Shown: piece after piece, positions 1 through 17,450 of the stretch
How the letters are laid out: each line of letters opens with the position of its first letter
How positions within the stretch are numbered: the first letter of the stretch is position 1
Assembly (NCBI GenBank): GCA_050230475.1
Contig: JBFLGF010000187.1
Location: forward strand, 1-56,239
DNA from: Ancylonema sp.
Taxonomy: Eukaryota
DNA: 56,239 nucleotides
Reading direction: 5' to 3'
Translations under genes and position numbers: made by a program
Notes under the pieces: model-generated
Told to the model about the DNA's origin: nothing
What the model saw: the letters and a program-made list of their open reading frames with translations, nothing else
The model's database searches: none

Positions 1-154
1 TGCATGAACTCCAAACCGCTTTCAAACCGGATCTTAGACACTACCAAGTCCCTTCAAAGCGACCTAGAGTTCGGAATTAAAGATCCTAGGGCTTTTTTTT
101 TCACCAAATGACATTTACATCTTTTTTTGACACCTTTTTTTGAAATTAGACATA

Positions 155-2255
155 CCGTAGTGGCCATACATAATGACCCGGGTAAAAAAAAAACAATTAA
201 TTCTTGTCGTGACCCACCAACTTGACCCGGGCAACATGTATTTATTATCCCGTGACCCACAATTATGACCCGGATAAAATACATTTATTATACCGTGACC
301 CGGCAAGCAAAATGACCCACCTTTAAACAACACGCAATTTGTACCGCACAAGTACCGTACTAATTATGGCACCGTAAACCTTGCGGGTTATCTTTCGGCC
401 ATCTTTTTATTTTTTGATATTCCCGAGGTCTTGTTTTTTCACTCTAGCGTTCAACTTTCCACTACAAAATCCGTTCACTTTCCTTTATCTCAGATTTATT
501 CGCCGTTCATCCGTTCACTTCACACTAAAAAATCCGTTCACTTTCCTTTACCTCAAATTCATTCGCCGTTCATCCGTTCACTTTACACTCTAAAACCCGT
601 TCACTTTCCCATATCTCAAAATTATTCGCCGTTCATTCGTTCACTTCAAAACTCGTTCACTTTCCTTTACCTCAAATTCATTCCCGTTCATCCATTCAAT
701 TTACACTGAAAAATAAACAAAACTATTTCACTTTCCTTTACCTCAAATTCATTCGCCGTTCATCCATTCACTTTACAATGAAAAATCCGTTAACTTTCCT
801 TTACCTCAAATTCATTCGCCGTTCATCCGTTCACTTTACACTCTAAAACCCGTTCACTTTCCTTTATCTCAAAACTATTCGCCGTTCATTCGTTCACTTT
901 ACACCACAAAACTCGTTCACTTTCCTTTACCTCAAATTCATTCCCGTTCATCCATTCAATTTACACTGAAAAATCCGTTCACTTTCCTTTTCCTCGATTT
1001 AATTTGCCGTTCATCCGTTCACTTTACACTCTAAAACCCTTCCACTTCCCGTTATCTCGAAATTGTTCGCCGTTTATCCGTTCACTTTACACTAAAAACT
1101 CGTCCACTTTATTTTACCTTATTCGCCGTTCATCCATTCAATTTACAGTGAAAAATCCGTTCATTTTCCTTTACCTCAAATTCATTCGCCGTTCATTCAT
1201 TCACTTTACAATGAAAAATCCGTTCACTTTCCTTTACCTCAAATTCATTCGCCGTTCATCCGTTCACTTTACACTCTAAAACCCGTTCACTTTCCTTTAC
1301 CTTTAATTCATTCGCCGTTCATCCGTTCACTTTACACTAAAAAATCCGTTCACTTTCCTTTATCTCAAATTTATTCGCCGATAATCTGTTCACTTTACAC
1401 TAAAAAACTCGTTCACTTCCTTTATCTCAAATTCATTCGCCGTTCATCCGATCACTTTACAGTGACATGTCCGTTCACTTTCCTTTACCTCAATTTCATT
1501 CGCCGTTCATTAGTTCACTTCACACGGAAAAATCCATTCACTTTCCTTCACCTCAAATTCATTCGCCGTTCATCCGCTCACTTTACACTCTAAAACCCGT
1601 TCACTTTCCTTTATCTCGATTTTATTTGCCGTTCATCCGTTCACTTTCGTTCAAAAGCCTTGTCTTGGTGGGGTGCACTGTCGGCTCTAGATTGCGGCCT
1701 TGCAGTCTGGAGAAGACTCTCAGACTTGAACACTGACTCATGAAGTGGAAGAGTAGTGAAGAGTAAAGAGTGATAGAGTATGAGTAGTGTGTAGTGAGCA
1801 GTGACTAGTAAATGAGTATGTGGAGATATCCACATTCTTTCGGTTTTGCGATTTTTTCATACTTTTTGGAATTTTGAAGGGTGTGTTGTGGCTTAAGAAA
1901 TATGGAAACTCTATATTGTTTATCATGTTGGCTTGTGCATGTTGCAAAAATGTAAGAAAAATATGCACCTTAATTGTTCCCCAACATGTCCATTTCCCCC
2001 CATAAATTTGTGAAAAGGAAACCAATGATGATCGATTACGCCGCTACGGGATCACGATTTATTCTTGGCGATCGGGTGCCAACCACATATATTTTTTGAG
2101 CAAAAAATCGAATAAAATCGATTTTACGATATTGGCCCACTATGCCGAATTTTGGAATTTATGGCGTGACCCAACCCCGAAAAATGAATTATTTAATTTG
2201 ACCCGACCCACCCTTTCAATAATTATTTGCGGGTCATTATGTATGGCCAGTACGG
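155..2255. mobile_element. Non-autonomous TIR DNA transposon (Tc1/mariner-pogo-like, TA TSD) containing a tandem array
   Basis: 26-bp terminal inverted repeats CCGTAGTGGCCATACATAATGACCCG (155-180) and CGGGTCATTATGTATGGCCAGTACGG (2230-2255), 25/26 match. TA on both sides (153-154, 2256-2257). Subterminal TGACCC motifs at ~172-320 and ~2126-2210. No transposase ORF seen. Confidence 0.85.
445..1648. repeat. Tandem array of ~63-bp units (~19 copies) with internal CCGTTCA subrepeats
   Basis: Unit approx. AAAAATCCGTTCACTTTCCTTTACCTCAAATTCATTCGCCGTTCATCCGTTCACTTTACACT. Equivalent positions recur at 468, 531 and 594. The spurious ORFs over it show a 21-aa period. Confidence 0.95.
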
Positions 2256-2882
2256 TACATATTTTTCCACGTATCTTGACATGAGCAATCCAACAAGAAA
2301 ACAAAAAAAAAAGTTAACGGGAAAAAAAACTCATTAAACCATACACATTTGGGCATCTACTATGTTAAATATCATCGCCGTGATATACCATCGCCATGTC
2401 TTCCTAGTGTGAGACGTGATGAATGACGTTCCGCGCTACGCACACTGGTGATTCGCTTTGCGAATTTTTGTTTGTCTCACAATAGATTCGTGAAATATGT
2501 ACCTATTTGATAGTGATTGTTGGCAATCATTGCTTGTCATATATATTCATCGTAAATATCGTCATCGAACCAAGCTTCACTCTCTTGCCAATTATTAAGT
2601 TGCAATGGTCGCGCATTCTTTTTGTTGTCAGTGACATATATTGCTCACTTGTGCATCAATAGCCGTATTCAAGTTCATTTTTAACTAGTTTTGTATCACA
2701 TTGGTCCATGCTCGTTAGCCGCCACATAAAGTTGTTGTACATACTGACTTGCTTGAAATGAATAGTGCGTCGACTCAAGCTCGAAAAGCAGCACACTAAT
2801 AATGTTGTTGTGACTCAAACAACTTGATAACTCTTAATGACGGCATATGAGACAATGTGTGCTACTTTCGTTTCACCTACTA

Positions 2883-3043
2883 CAGTGAAACTTGTCTTAA
2901 TTAATAATGTCAGGACCAGGAAAAAATATTAATCAAGACAGGTGTATCACATTCTAGGTGAGTACTTGAAAGCAGGCGGAAATTTTCCTATGAGTTAAGA
3001 CAATTATTAATTAGCACAATATTCATTAGGACAGGTTTTATTG
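2883..3043. mobile_element. Small degenerate MITE (CAGTG-type ends, TA-flanked)
   Basis: TA|CAGTGAAACTTGTCTTAAT ... ATTAGGACAGGTTTTATTG|TA, 15/19 inverted match. A similar terminal motif occurs at ~25800 in a ThrRS intron. Confidence 0.5.
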
Positions 3044-3254
3044 TACGCTCATGAAGTGATAAGCCGAATCCTTTACATTGAGTGATCACGTCATCAATGC
3101 TCATTACCCTTATCAATTTAGCCCCGCACATGTGTTCACGGTGAGATCTCAAGTGTCGATGGAAAGGGTAGTAAGTAGATGGTGTGTACGTGTGTGGCGA
3201 GGATGGGGATTTTAAATAGACAATCCATATCATATGTTAGAGAACGACATCTTG

Positions 3255-3684
3255 GTGTATATTGTACCCGTGCCCTCCAAGCCCCATCTTGGACATCGTG
3301 CCTTTTGAGACCAGGTTGCGGAGTGGTCTAAAGCACGATCCGGCCGCCGTCCGTAATAGAATGTCCAAGATGCGGGTGATGCTGGTTCGAGTTCCGTTTC
3401 CTCTTGTTCCCGCGCAGACGGCTTGCCGTGGGGATTAACAATTACAATCTTGTCCGGCCCGCGTTTACATGCGGGGTGCACCATCGGGGAAGGGTGCCCG
3501 TGTGCGCGGTTTCCGCCGTACATTCAATGGGTTATCGGGAACCCCCAATAGTTGGGGGTTCTCGGGACGCAAACCCTTGAGGGGGGAAAGTTTTAGAGGA
3601 CGGCATGTTTGTATATATTGTATCCGTGCCGTCTAAGCCCCATCGTGGACAATATGTCTTTTCGGGTCAGGTTGCGGAGTGGTT
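3255..3684. repeat. ~75-bp imperfect direct repeat pair with a central hairpin
   Basis: TATATTGTA(C/T)CCGTGCC...CAGGTTGCGGAGTGGT at ~3255-3328 and ~3611-3684. Hairpin CGGGAACCCCCAA-TAG-TTGGGGGTTCTCG at 3536-3564. Confidence 0.6.
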
Positions 3685-3870
3685 GCCTTTTTGGGAGGGA
3701 TTAGGGGTTAGGGCCGAGAGTAGACGTGAAAAGGGATATTAATGGATGGCCATTTTTCGAGTAAGAGGGAGATTGAAATATACTCGATATGGTGGATACC
3801 GTACCAACCAGAGATAATGCGCCAAAAAACAATTTCCATTTTTTTCGGCGCACATGTTTTTGGCGCGTAC

Positions 3871-4339
3871 TTTTGGCGATGTTACGTGATAGGTGTGCGA
3901 GATCGTGTGAATCTTTCCGTACAAGGAACTTCGTCTCTCAAAGATAATCAATGACAAGTATTGTGTTGGAAGAAATTATTATTGAATGGTCGGCATCGTG
4001 TAGGTATACCACGAGCCTCGTCCAAAACAAGAATCAACAAAGTGTGCCGACGGTCGTATCTGCGGACCGTCGGCCTATCAAAACACAACAACAGTCAGAT
4101 CATGTCAACGGCACATGCCGGCAGTCTGACAAGACATAACGTCTAGATCCGGAAACCATCTAGACCACACGTGCAACAAATGGCACAATCGAAACGTCAT
4201 ATTCGGGTGCCCGGACATAAGTCCGGCCCCTCATTCAATATAAGCACACCCTAGGAAGAAACCTACCGGTTACGCTAATATAACCGGTCGTCCGGACTAG
4301 CACACTAGCAAGCATGGCTATCCGATATAATTCCTAACA
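3871..4339 (-). repeat. 3' LTR of the copia-type element
   Basis: Near-identical to 7670-8127 apart from scattered substitutions and small indels. Left boundary is uncertain by ~9 bp (3871 vs 3880). Confidence 0.9.
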
Positions 4340-5410
4340 CCCCCTTGGATGCCATGCCGAGTGTGGCATTGAGTCAGCACTAAGGGACTACCCTATCTGC
4401 AGCTAAGTCATGGCGAAACCAATGCATAGCCCATGGGATAGTAAAGTCTTCCCTAGCATACAAATGTGCTAGGGGGCCCTATCTAAAATCACAGCCGATC
4501 GGAAGCCGATCGGAACACCAGAAGTCGATAGCTCCAGATCCTTAGTCGTTTTTCGGGCCGGAGCCCTGACATACAAACAAATACCACAAGTTAGGGCAAT
4601 ACAAAAATGACCACAAAGTCAACTTCTGCAGTTTTCTCCGAATAACTTAAATACTCAAAACATCACAACTTTCTCAAAACTTCACCAAAACAATTGAAAT
4701 TTTCACACATACTCGTAACCTCAATGGAAACATACAGGCCAACTTTCTTCCTTAACAGACAACTTTAGATCTGAACAGATCTGCAACTTTTCACTTTTAT
4801 GCGCAAGTGTTTTCAGAGTTTTAAGGCTTCAGAATTGACTTAGCTGAATAGGCAGAAGTTTTGAGCCCTCCTCAAATGTAATCTGCACCAAAAACACATC
4901 ACACACCCCCTGCCAAGCATGGCATGGCATTCGAAATACCCTAAAACCTTTCTACGCACCCCCATTCCAGTACTCCCTCTATCTGGCAGCAGATTGTCTG
5001 CCCAGAATACCACTGTTCAGAAATACTAACACATTTTACTCAATAATACCTGGCCAAACTTCCCCAAAAAACGTGCTACACTTAGCCAACTATACCAGCT
5101 ACAATATTGGTTTTACAAATCAACAAACAAATAGAAACTCTGCAGCAGGCATCAATGTTTCTGGGCTGCTGTCAGCAGACTCTCCAGACTTCTACTGAAT
5201 ACCCTGCTGGACGCTATACAACCAGATTTTCAGCTCACTTATCCAAATGACTTCAAGATAAAAATAGATACACCCCTAGTCAACCCTATCAGGCACCTGA
5301 CTAGATTTACAGATCAACAAAATACCAAATAATCAGCCCAATGTAAAATATTTGCTGGAGTACTGGTGGCAGACTGTGCAGACTCCAGAACTGCATTTAT
5401 CACCCTCAGT

Positions 5411-7415
5411 CTATCCTCCCAGAAGACTTGGGCAGGCATGCCCCCTACCATAACCAACATGACTTAAATCTGTCCCACACCCCCTAGCATCAGCTAGCAC
5501 ACCCCCATGACCACTACACCAGACCGCGCACACATCAGCCGTTAAGTCAGGCGGGGCGTAGGGTTTGGAAGTTAGTAGGTGTGGACTGTTTGTTATGACA
5601 CCTGTCCTGATCCTGGACCTATCCCTCACTAACACCTGCCCTCGGGCACCCTCATACTTCTTGATATCACCCAACAACTCCTCTAGGATCTCATATCCTG
5701 TGTTCATCCCTAAACCACCCAAAATTGACTTCATGTTCATGTACTTAGGGGTTTCAGGGATGGTGGAAGGTAGGGGTAGAGGCTCATGAGCTTCATCTTC
5801 TTTGATTTGGGGGGAAGGTAAGGGTTGAGCTTTCAAGGGTTGAGGCATGCGTTGAATCAGATTCACGTGCATCCTGCTGGGCTGAAGAATGGAGCCTTGT
5901 AATAAAAGCAACCCATTTTGCCCCCTTTTCACATCACACCACGTCTTGCCCCCCCGAGTCAAACTAGACATACCCCCCACCTTTAAATGGACCTCCACAT
6001 CCCCCCTCTCGTTCAGCCGCGTCAAGTTGACCAGCTGTTGCTGAATACTGGGCACATGGAGTGCTATCAGCCGGCGATGCACCACGTGCAAGCCACACTG
6101 CACAGCAAGTGTTACGATGCCGCTTCCCTTCACCTCGTGGGCTTTGTTGTCAGGCGTGTAGACGTAGTCTGGGCTGGCCAAGGGACTATACTCGGTCATG
6201 TAGTATGAGGTTGGAAACACGTGGTCTGATGCACCCGAGTCTAAGAACAGACTCCCCTCTTGACTAACCACCCCTCCTCCAGACGATGCACCGTACGCAC
6301 TATGGAGAGCTGCATCAAATGGTACATGTGTGCACGCCGCCAACCGCGCTTGAGCCCCCAGATCCCATGCCTTTGCCTTGCACCCCTCCATTTCATGCCC
6401 CTCGTGACCGCAATATGTGCACTGTTCTTGCACTTCCCTACTCCCTAGGCCGTATCCGTGGCCCTGCTGCAGCGCCAGTCCTCTGCAGTGCGCCACCTTG
6501 TGGCCGAGATCCCCACATTTGTAGCACCTCACATCCTCTCCAGCCCTCCAATGTGTCCTCCACCCACTCTTGGTGCTGTGCAATTCGCCTTCAGGTGGCC
6601 GAATTGTTGACATCTGTAGCACTGGAGGTCGCGACTTCCGGGTCCGCCACTCCCACCAAGTCGATTTGGGCCAGCTCCGGAGCCGCCCGAGTAGCCGCCT
6701 TTCCCCACGAAATTGGCGTGCTGGGGGGACCTGCTGCCCTCCCGGCAGCACCCCTCTCTTGCGATCGTTGCAGACCTCCCGTCGATCGCCAGCGGACAAA
6801 GTGCTGACGGGAGAGATCGTGAAGAGTGTTGGCGCAGATATCGCCCAAGACATCACACTCTCCACGCGCGCGCTGTAGCGAGTGTTGGGAATTCAGGAAG
6901 TTGATCGTCTGCTTCGCAGGCTTGACTGGCTCTCCTAGATGCCCCAGACGATCATGCAGCTCTTGAAGCCACTTCACGTAGTCGCTCAGGTCCTCCGCCT
7001 CCCCCATGATGATCGCCGTGAGCTCAGCCTCAACGTTGACGATCTCAATGGCTCCCTGAATGTCGTCGAAGGCTTTCAGGGCGTCCCACATATCCGCTGC
7101 AGTCTCGCAATTTCGTACGTGCGTCAACTCCTCCGTCTGGAGGTGTTTGACAATGTACGCCACTGCAGCGATATTCTTCTTCGACCAGACCTCTCGAAGG
7201 AGAGTCTGTCGACCGATGAGCTGGGTGCGTGCCGTGACCGTTTGAGCGACGTCCGCAGCATCCAGTGCATCGAGCTCGTCCTGCGTGAGTAGTGGAGACA
7301 CGACAGGTTCCGCTTGCCTCGGGGATTTGCCCCAATCCATGACAATGTCATGCAGCTCCTTGTCAGCCAGACCGAACTTAATTTTAAAAGCCCCAAGCCT
7401 TTGTAGTCTGCTCAT
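5411..7415 (-). pseudogene. Frameshifted copia gag-protease polyprotein
   Basis: Copia gag motif HVRNCETAADMWDALK...MGEAEDLSDYV. Three CCHC knuckles: CYRCQQFGHLKANC (6580-6621, in a third frame), CYKCGDLGHKVAHC and CTYCGHEGHEMEGC. Protease motif FLDSGASDHV. Frameshifts near 6888, ~6800 and ~6540. No integrase, RT or RNase H motifs. Confidence 0.88.
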
Positions 7416-7669
7416 GTGAAGACCGGAATGTATGATTTTTCCGTCATGTTAGGCAGCAACTAAATGTATCTGATGATCAGCTCTCAGCTGCTTCCTTGAG
7501 CGTGTTTCGTGCAGCGCACCTCACACCTCAGTCACTCGCAGCGCAATTCGAAGGATTACGTGCGGTACTTAATAATCCTAACCTCAGAGTCTCTTAGCAG
7601 CGAATCGCGTGGAATGCCTGTAGTTATTTACACAGCGTCTTTAACTAGACCGCCTGTGGGCCTATAACC

Positions 7670-8127
7670 TTTTAGCAATGTTACGTGATAGGTGTGCAAG
7701 ATCGTGTGAATCTTTCCGTACAAGGAACTTCGTCTCTCAAAGATGATCAATGACAAGTATTTGGAAGAATTATTATTGAATGGTCGGCATCGTGTGTAGG
7801 TATACCACGATGCCTCGTCCAAAACAAGAATCTACAAAGGTGTGCCGACGGTCGTATCTGCGGACCGTCGGCCGCCTATCAAAACACAACAACAGTCAGA
7901 TCATGTCAACGGCACATGCGACAGACTGACAAGACCTAACGTCTAGATCCGGAACCATCTAGACCACACGTGCAACAAACGGCACAATAGAAACGTCATA
8001 TTCGGGTGCCCGGACATAAGTCCGGCCCCTCAATATATAAGCACACCCTAGGAATCCTACCGGTTACGCTACCGGTCGTCCGGACTAGCACACTAGCAAG
8101 CATGGCTATCCGATATAATTCCTAACA
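7670..8127 (-). repeat. 5' LTR of the copia-type element
   Basis: Direct repeat of 3871-4339, followed on the minus strand by the PBS. Confidence 0.9.
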
Positions 8128-8893
8128 TACTAAAATATATATATTTTGAATACGCTTGCGCATACTTTTCACGCAATTAAATCAACGAAATCGACGATTA
8201 TCTCGCGCAATTCAAAAATCCAATGCAAAAATTAACAAAACATGTGGCGTAGTAAAAAAAAAAAAAAAAAAAAAGGCTTGGCGCATACTTTTGGCGCTTA
8301 CTGATTAATTTAAAAGCAGCTAGCGCAATTGTTTGGAGCCTAATTCTAATGATTCCGATTTCATATTTGCGATTCCGATTCGCTCGCACATTATCTCTAG
8401 CTCGTACGCTAAAGTCAATCAATTCAAGAGTCTTGCCGTTTTGATAGGGATAATGGAGTGTTGTCACTGCAATACAAAAATAATGTATGAAATTGATGCC
8501 ACCGACTTGGTAAGGGAAGCCATGACAAATGAAGAAAAGCCAAAAAGAAATGCAAGCCATGGCACCGGACCTTGGAAGTACAACGAAAACACCAAGGTAT
8601 GAGCTTGTCGATGGGCCGAGTTGAAAATAATACACAAGTCCAAGTGGGTGTTTCGGGATAATGGGGTGCGAGAGATTTACGCGCCAAGATGCATATTGGG
8701 GAGGTTCATGGTATGCTTCCAATGTACCTCTTCCTCCTTCTTGGACTTTCCCGCGCGGGGCTCGCCCGCCCGTTACGGAAAGCGGGGCGCGATGTGGAAA
8801 AGGGGCAACACCCTCAGCGACACAATTTTGAAGTTGGAGTCCATTTTTATTATGATTATTTTCGTAGATTTGGGATAAGAAAAGCCTACTAAT

Positions 8894-11800
8894 TATTGTT
8901 GGCCTCGTCCTGGGCGGGAATAACTCCCCCACGAGTGGGGAACATGGAAAATACCGGGGGCAAATTTGCGGGGCGGGGCGAACTATGATTGCGTCATGGC
9001 TAGTGTCGGCTCCAACCGCAAGACACCTCAGAAGGGGGTGGTTTGTTAGGGCGGGTGAAACTTGCACCCGCCCCCCCGCTTTTCACCCGCCACCCAATAC
9101 CCCCCCACCACAATCGACACGTTGGTGGTTGGATTGCGTGTGGGCGTGTGGAAGGCGAGTAGACGGCGGGTTGAGGGTGGGCGGTGAATCAACAAGCGAA
9201 GACGAGCCAAGCTCAGTGAGGTTATTGCCAAGTCATATTTGTGCTTTTCCGGTGCAACTCACGCACTTGCGTGCGTCGCAAGCATGCACAAATCATGCAC
9301 AAGGTGCACGGTTTTCGACGAACCCAAACGCCCGTGAATCGAGTTGGCATAAAAAGTGCGGGTGCCGCAAGCGTAACGCAACCGTGCGCTCGCGCGAGCG
9401 TGCTGCACGTGTGCGCAAATCTTGCGCACGTTGCGCGCAAGATGGTTCTAGAGGTTTTCTTTCCACGCGGAACAACTCGGAACAGGCAAAACCCGACCTT
9501 GCATGTGGCCGCGAAGATGGCAAAACTCCAGCTCGTTTCGCCAACTAATATCGGGCTGTAGGAACAACCACATTGAAGTCTTAATATAGTGACACACTCT
9601 AGAGTGACAATCTCGATGCAATGACATTAGTTTGGCCCTTTTTCTAATCCTATATGAAAACCAAAGTTGGCTCCGTCCCGTGCGGAAGAGTTTCTGCCCG
9701 GGGCGACTCCGCCCGGGGCGGAAAGCGGGGGCGGAATTTGCGGGACGGAGCCATAGACCAAGATGCCAAAAAAAAACAAATTGCCGCACTGCGGATATAT
9801 GGTCGGTTTGTCAAAAATCGATTTCTTGCAGAGTGTGCGCCATACGCCACACGTTCGATATCTTCTAATGTCACCCATGAGTCCTACTACGTGGCGTGGC
9901 GTGGTATAATGCGATAAAATTAAAAAATAAATAAAAAAATTGAGGTATACAAAATAATATTACACGAGTAAAGATGGCAAGCGTACTTAGTGATATAAAA
10001 TCTCGAATACTTGTCGGATTTGAATTTAAAATGATGTACATGATCTACGTGGTCTCGGTGACGTGCTGTTTGGAGTCGGCCGCCCGGAATGATATTCTTC
10101 ATACTTTGACTTCTTGTTCCCGGATGTTTCTTATAATGATGACTGTGGTAGTGCTCGTGGTTGAGTAATGATGATGTTGACTGGGTTGGTATCGATGTCG
10201 TTCAAAGGTGATTGAAGGTTCTCAGGTGGAGTTGGTGGTCCGGCTGCTCTCACTAAGTAGATTGCAGATTGAGTCTCTGCTGAGATATCAATATTATATT
10301 TATCACACGTCTTAGCGGTCTAGTGAAATTCACTACTTAACGCCGAGGGCGAGCTAACAGATGGTCTATAGTACAAAAATATGTGAAAATACTATAAAGC
10401 AAACAAGATAGTCTGGAGCAGACTAACGAGGTTAGCAGCCGTAAGAGTTACTTTCGGTGCGAAAGCAAAGTATCGACGGCGCGTCGATAAAAGATGCTGG
10501 CTCAGAGAGCGTCAGCAGACAGGTGTTTACAACAGGGCTCGGAGCGAGCGACAGCAAACACACACACCCACACCCACACACAAATGAAAGTGCCGGTTCG
10601 GAGCGAACGCAGGCACATCGACAGATATCAAAAACACACACGCACGCTTGCTGACTCAGAGAGAGCGTCAGAATCGATGTAAGAAATTACAATCGATCAA
10701 CAAGCTGGCTCAAAAAGAGCGTCAGCAACAGATTCAGAGGAATCAGATAAATACACACACACACAAATTGCAAAGAATGATTTGCAATCTTACCGGCTGG
10801 CTAACGGATGTCAGACTGAGTCGGAAGACGAGCACGTTGCGAAGTCGCGTAAGCGAAGGAACGCAATATTCAGAGAATTGCGAAGGATTCAGATAACACA
10901 GAAGATTGTTGAAGGGATTTCTTTTAACAACGCAATCTGACAGCGGAAGCTGGCAGATCTGAAAGTACAAATTTCTTTTATCACAAAAGTTGTTGCGCGG
11001 TGCTAACCGGCATAGTTAACTAGAGTTAGTAGTCTATCGAAGATCACGACAAGAGGCTGGCTTCTAGAAGAACAACTACTCTCAAATCAATCTCGACGCT
11101 ACGATGAGAGCGGCGCGAGATATTACTCTTATTCTACGACTAGATTTAATCGCCGGGATTATCGACAAGTCGAAAGAGACTTGTGATTTTAACAAAATCG
11201 ACACGCAGCTATTTGTTCAAGAGTGCTCGATTCTAGACTTCGGAAAATATGCCACGCGTTATTTTCAAGTCGTACAAATTTCGTACTTCACTATTTTTCC
11301 AGCAAAGTACTAATTATAGAAAATCGTTATATCGAATACTCTCGTTATAGTAGAGTATTAACCTAGAGAGGTTTCTGATCAATCTAGAGGGGTTCCGCCT
11401 TAAAGATCTCTAGCGTCATGACATCGGGATCCTTTAACGGAAAACCTACAAAACGTGTATGGCTCCGCCCCGGGCGAAAAAAATCCCGCCTGAGGCACCG
11501 CTAGGGGCGGGTGTGCCCGGGGTGAAAAACGGGGCGGGATTTGTGGGGCGGAGCTAACTACAATGAAAACCTATTGCATATAGTGACAATCGCAATAGTG
11601 AAATACGTTATAGTGACCAAAAAATCCCAGATTTCAACATTGTGATGTCACTATACGGTGGAACCTATCTAAATTTATGTTGTGCAAATTATTAACCTGT
11701 TTAATTTAATATAAAATATTCCGCCCGATTTCGGGTTTCACACAAAATCAGACGTGTGAATTTGTAATTAGTATAATTTCATTCTTTTTATGGTTCCACC

Positions 11801-12033
11801 ATTAGTCACGTAGACAGGTGTTAGTGTAGCGAGAGGATATTATAACAACTGCCGTTTAGATGAGCCACCTCACTCAAAAATACCGACCTAAATCTCACTT
11901 TCTATCGATAAATGACATTTGCTTATTGCCGCCCTATCACTATACAGTGTATAGTGACAGCCCTAGCATTCGATATAGTGACTTAATCCCCATGCCAATA
12001 AAACTGTCACTATATCAAGACATCCCGTCTGTG
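8894..12033. mobile_element. Nested pile of DNA-transposon/MITE fragments
   Basis: GC-rich hairpin modules (GGCTCCGCCCC...GGGGCGGAGCC type) at ~8894-8987, ~9662-9760 and ~11455-11561. Repeated TATAGTGAC motifs at ~9585-9610, ~11578-11655 and ~11935-12020. The inverted pair GTCTTAATATAGTGAC (~9578) / GTCACTATATCAAGAC (~12006) may mark element ends. 9375-9440 resembles the subterminal region of the 45745-46519 element. Confidence 0.55.
10308..11423 (-). mobile_element. Possible solo LTR / unclassified repeat
   Basis: The minus strand begins TGTCATGAC and ends near TAAGACG (near-canonical TG...CA). Internal imperfect repeats GCTG(G/A)CTCA..AGAGCGTCAG at ~10496, ~10650 and ~10703. No clean TSD. 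Confidence 0.3.
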
Positions 12034-12408
12034 CATATAGACAAATACTTTACAACGAACTGGTATTAGAAGCTCAAATTCCCGGCACAACGGTGTCATC
12101 CGCGAATCACTGTTGCGGAACGGATGCCGCCAGAATCGTACTGCCAATGAGAGGTCGAGATACCGGGTAAGATAAAGTACAGTAGTTGTACGGACATCCT
12201 ACTAGTCCCCACTAGTTCACTACTAGTTTCACTCCTGCGGACTTGCTGCCGCTGTTTGCAGCAAGCAGCTGATAGGGCTGAGCAGTGGCACCCCGACGAC
12301 GGTTCTTTCCCATTGCCCGCCTTTTCAGGCAGAGACTCCCCCGGCGACATCATTTAAAAGCAGCGTAGAGCGTACGTTTTGGACTGACGTGTAACGCCAT
12401 CATTTGAA

Positions 12409-17450
<5,042 letters not shown>

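Larger units (their letters stand above)
3871..8127 (-). mobile_element. Ty1/copia-type LTR retrotransposon, non-autonomous (gag + protease only; TR-GAG-like)
   Basis: Direct repeats at ~3871/3880-4339 and ~7670/7679-8127, starting TGTTAGG on the minus strand. PBS-like GGTTATAGGCCCA abuts the 5' LTR (7657-7669). PPT AAGGGGG precedes the 3' LTR (4340-4346). Internal gag, zinc-knuckle and protease coding. Confidence 0.92.

Noticed and set aside
445..1648. CRISPR-like array or repeat-protein ORFs
   Set aside because: Units are contiguous with no unique spacers, the context is eukaryotic, and the ORFs are interrupted by-products of a 63-bp period.
8198..9067. 289-aa ORF on the minus strand
   Set aside because: No recognisable motif; it runs through repeat fragments and a poly-T tract.
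10980..11420. RIP-like mutation signature (TA- and CG-rich appearance)
   Set aside because: A spot count showed CA/TG depletion in one line but not the next. It cannot be supported without a family consensus.
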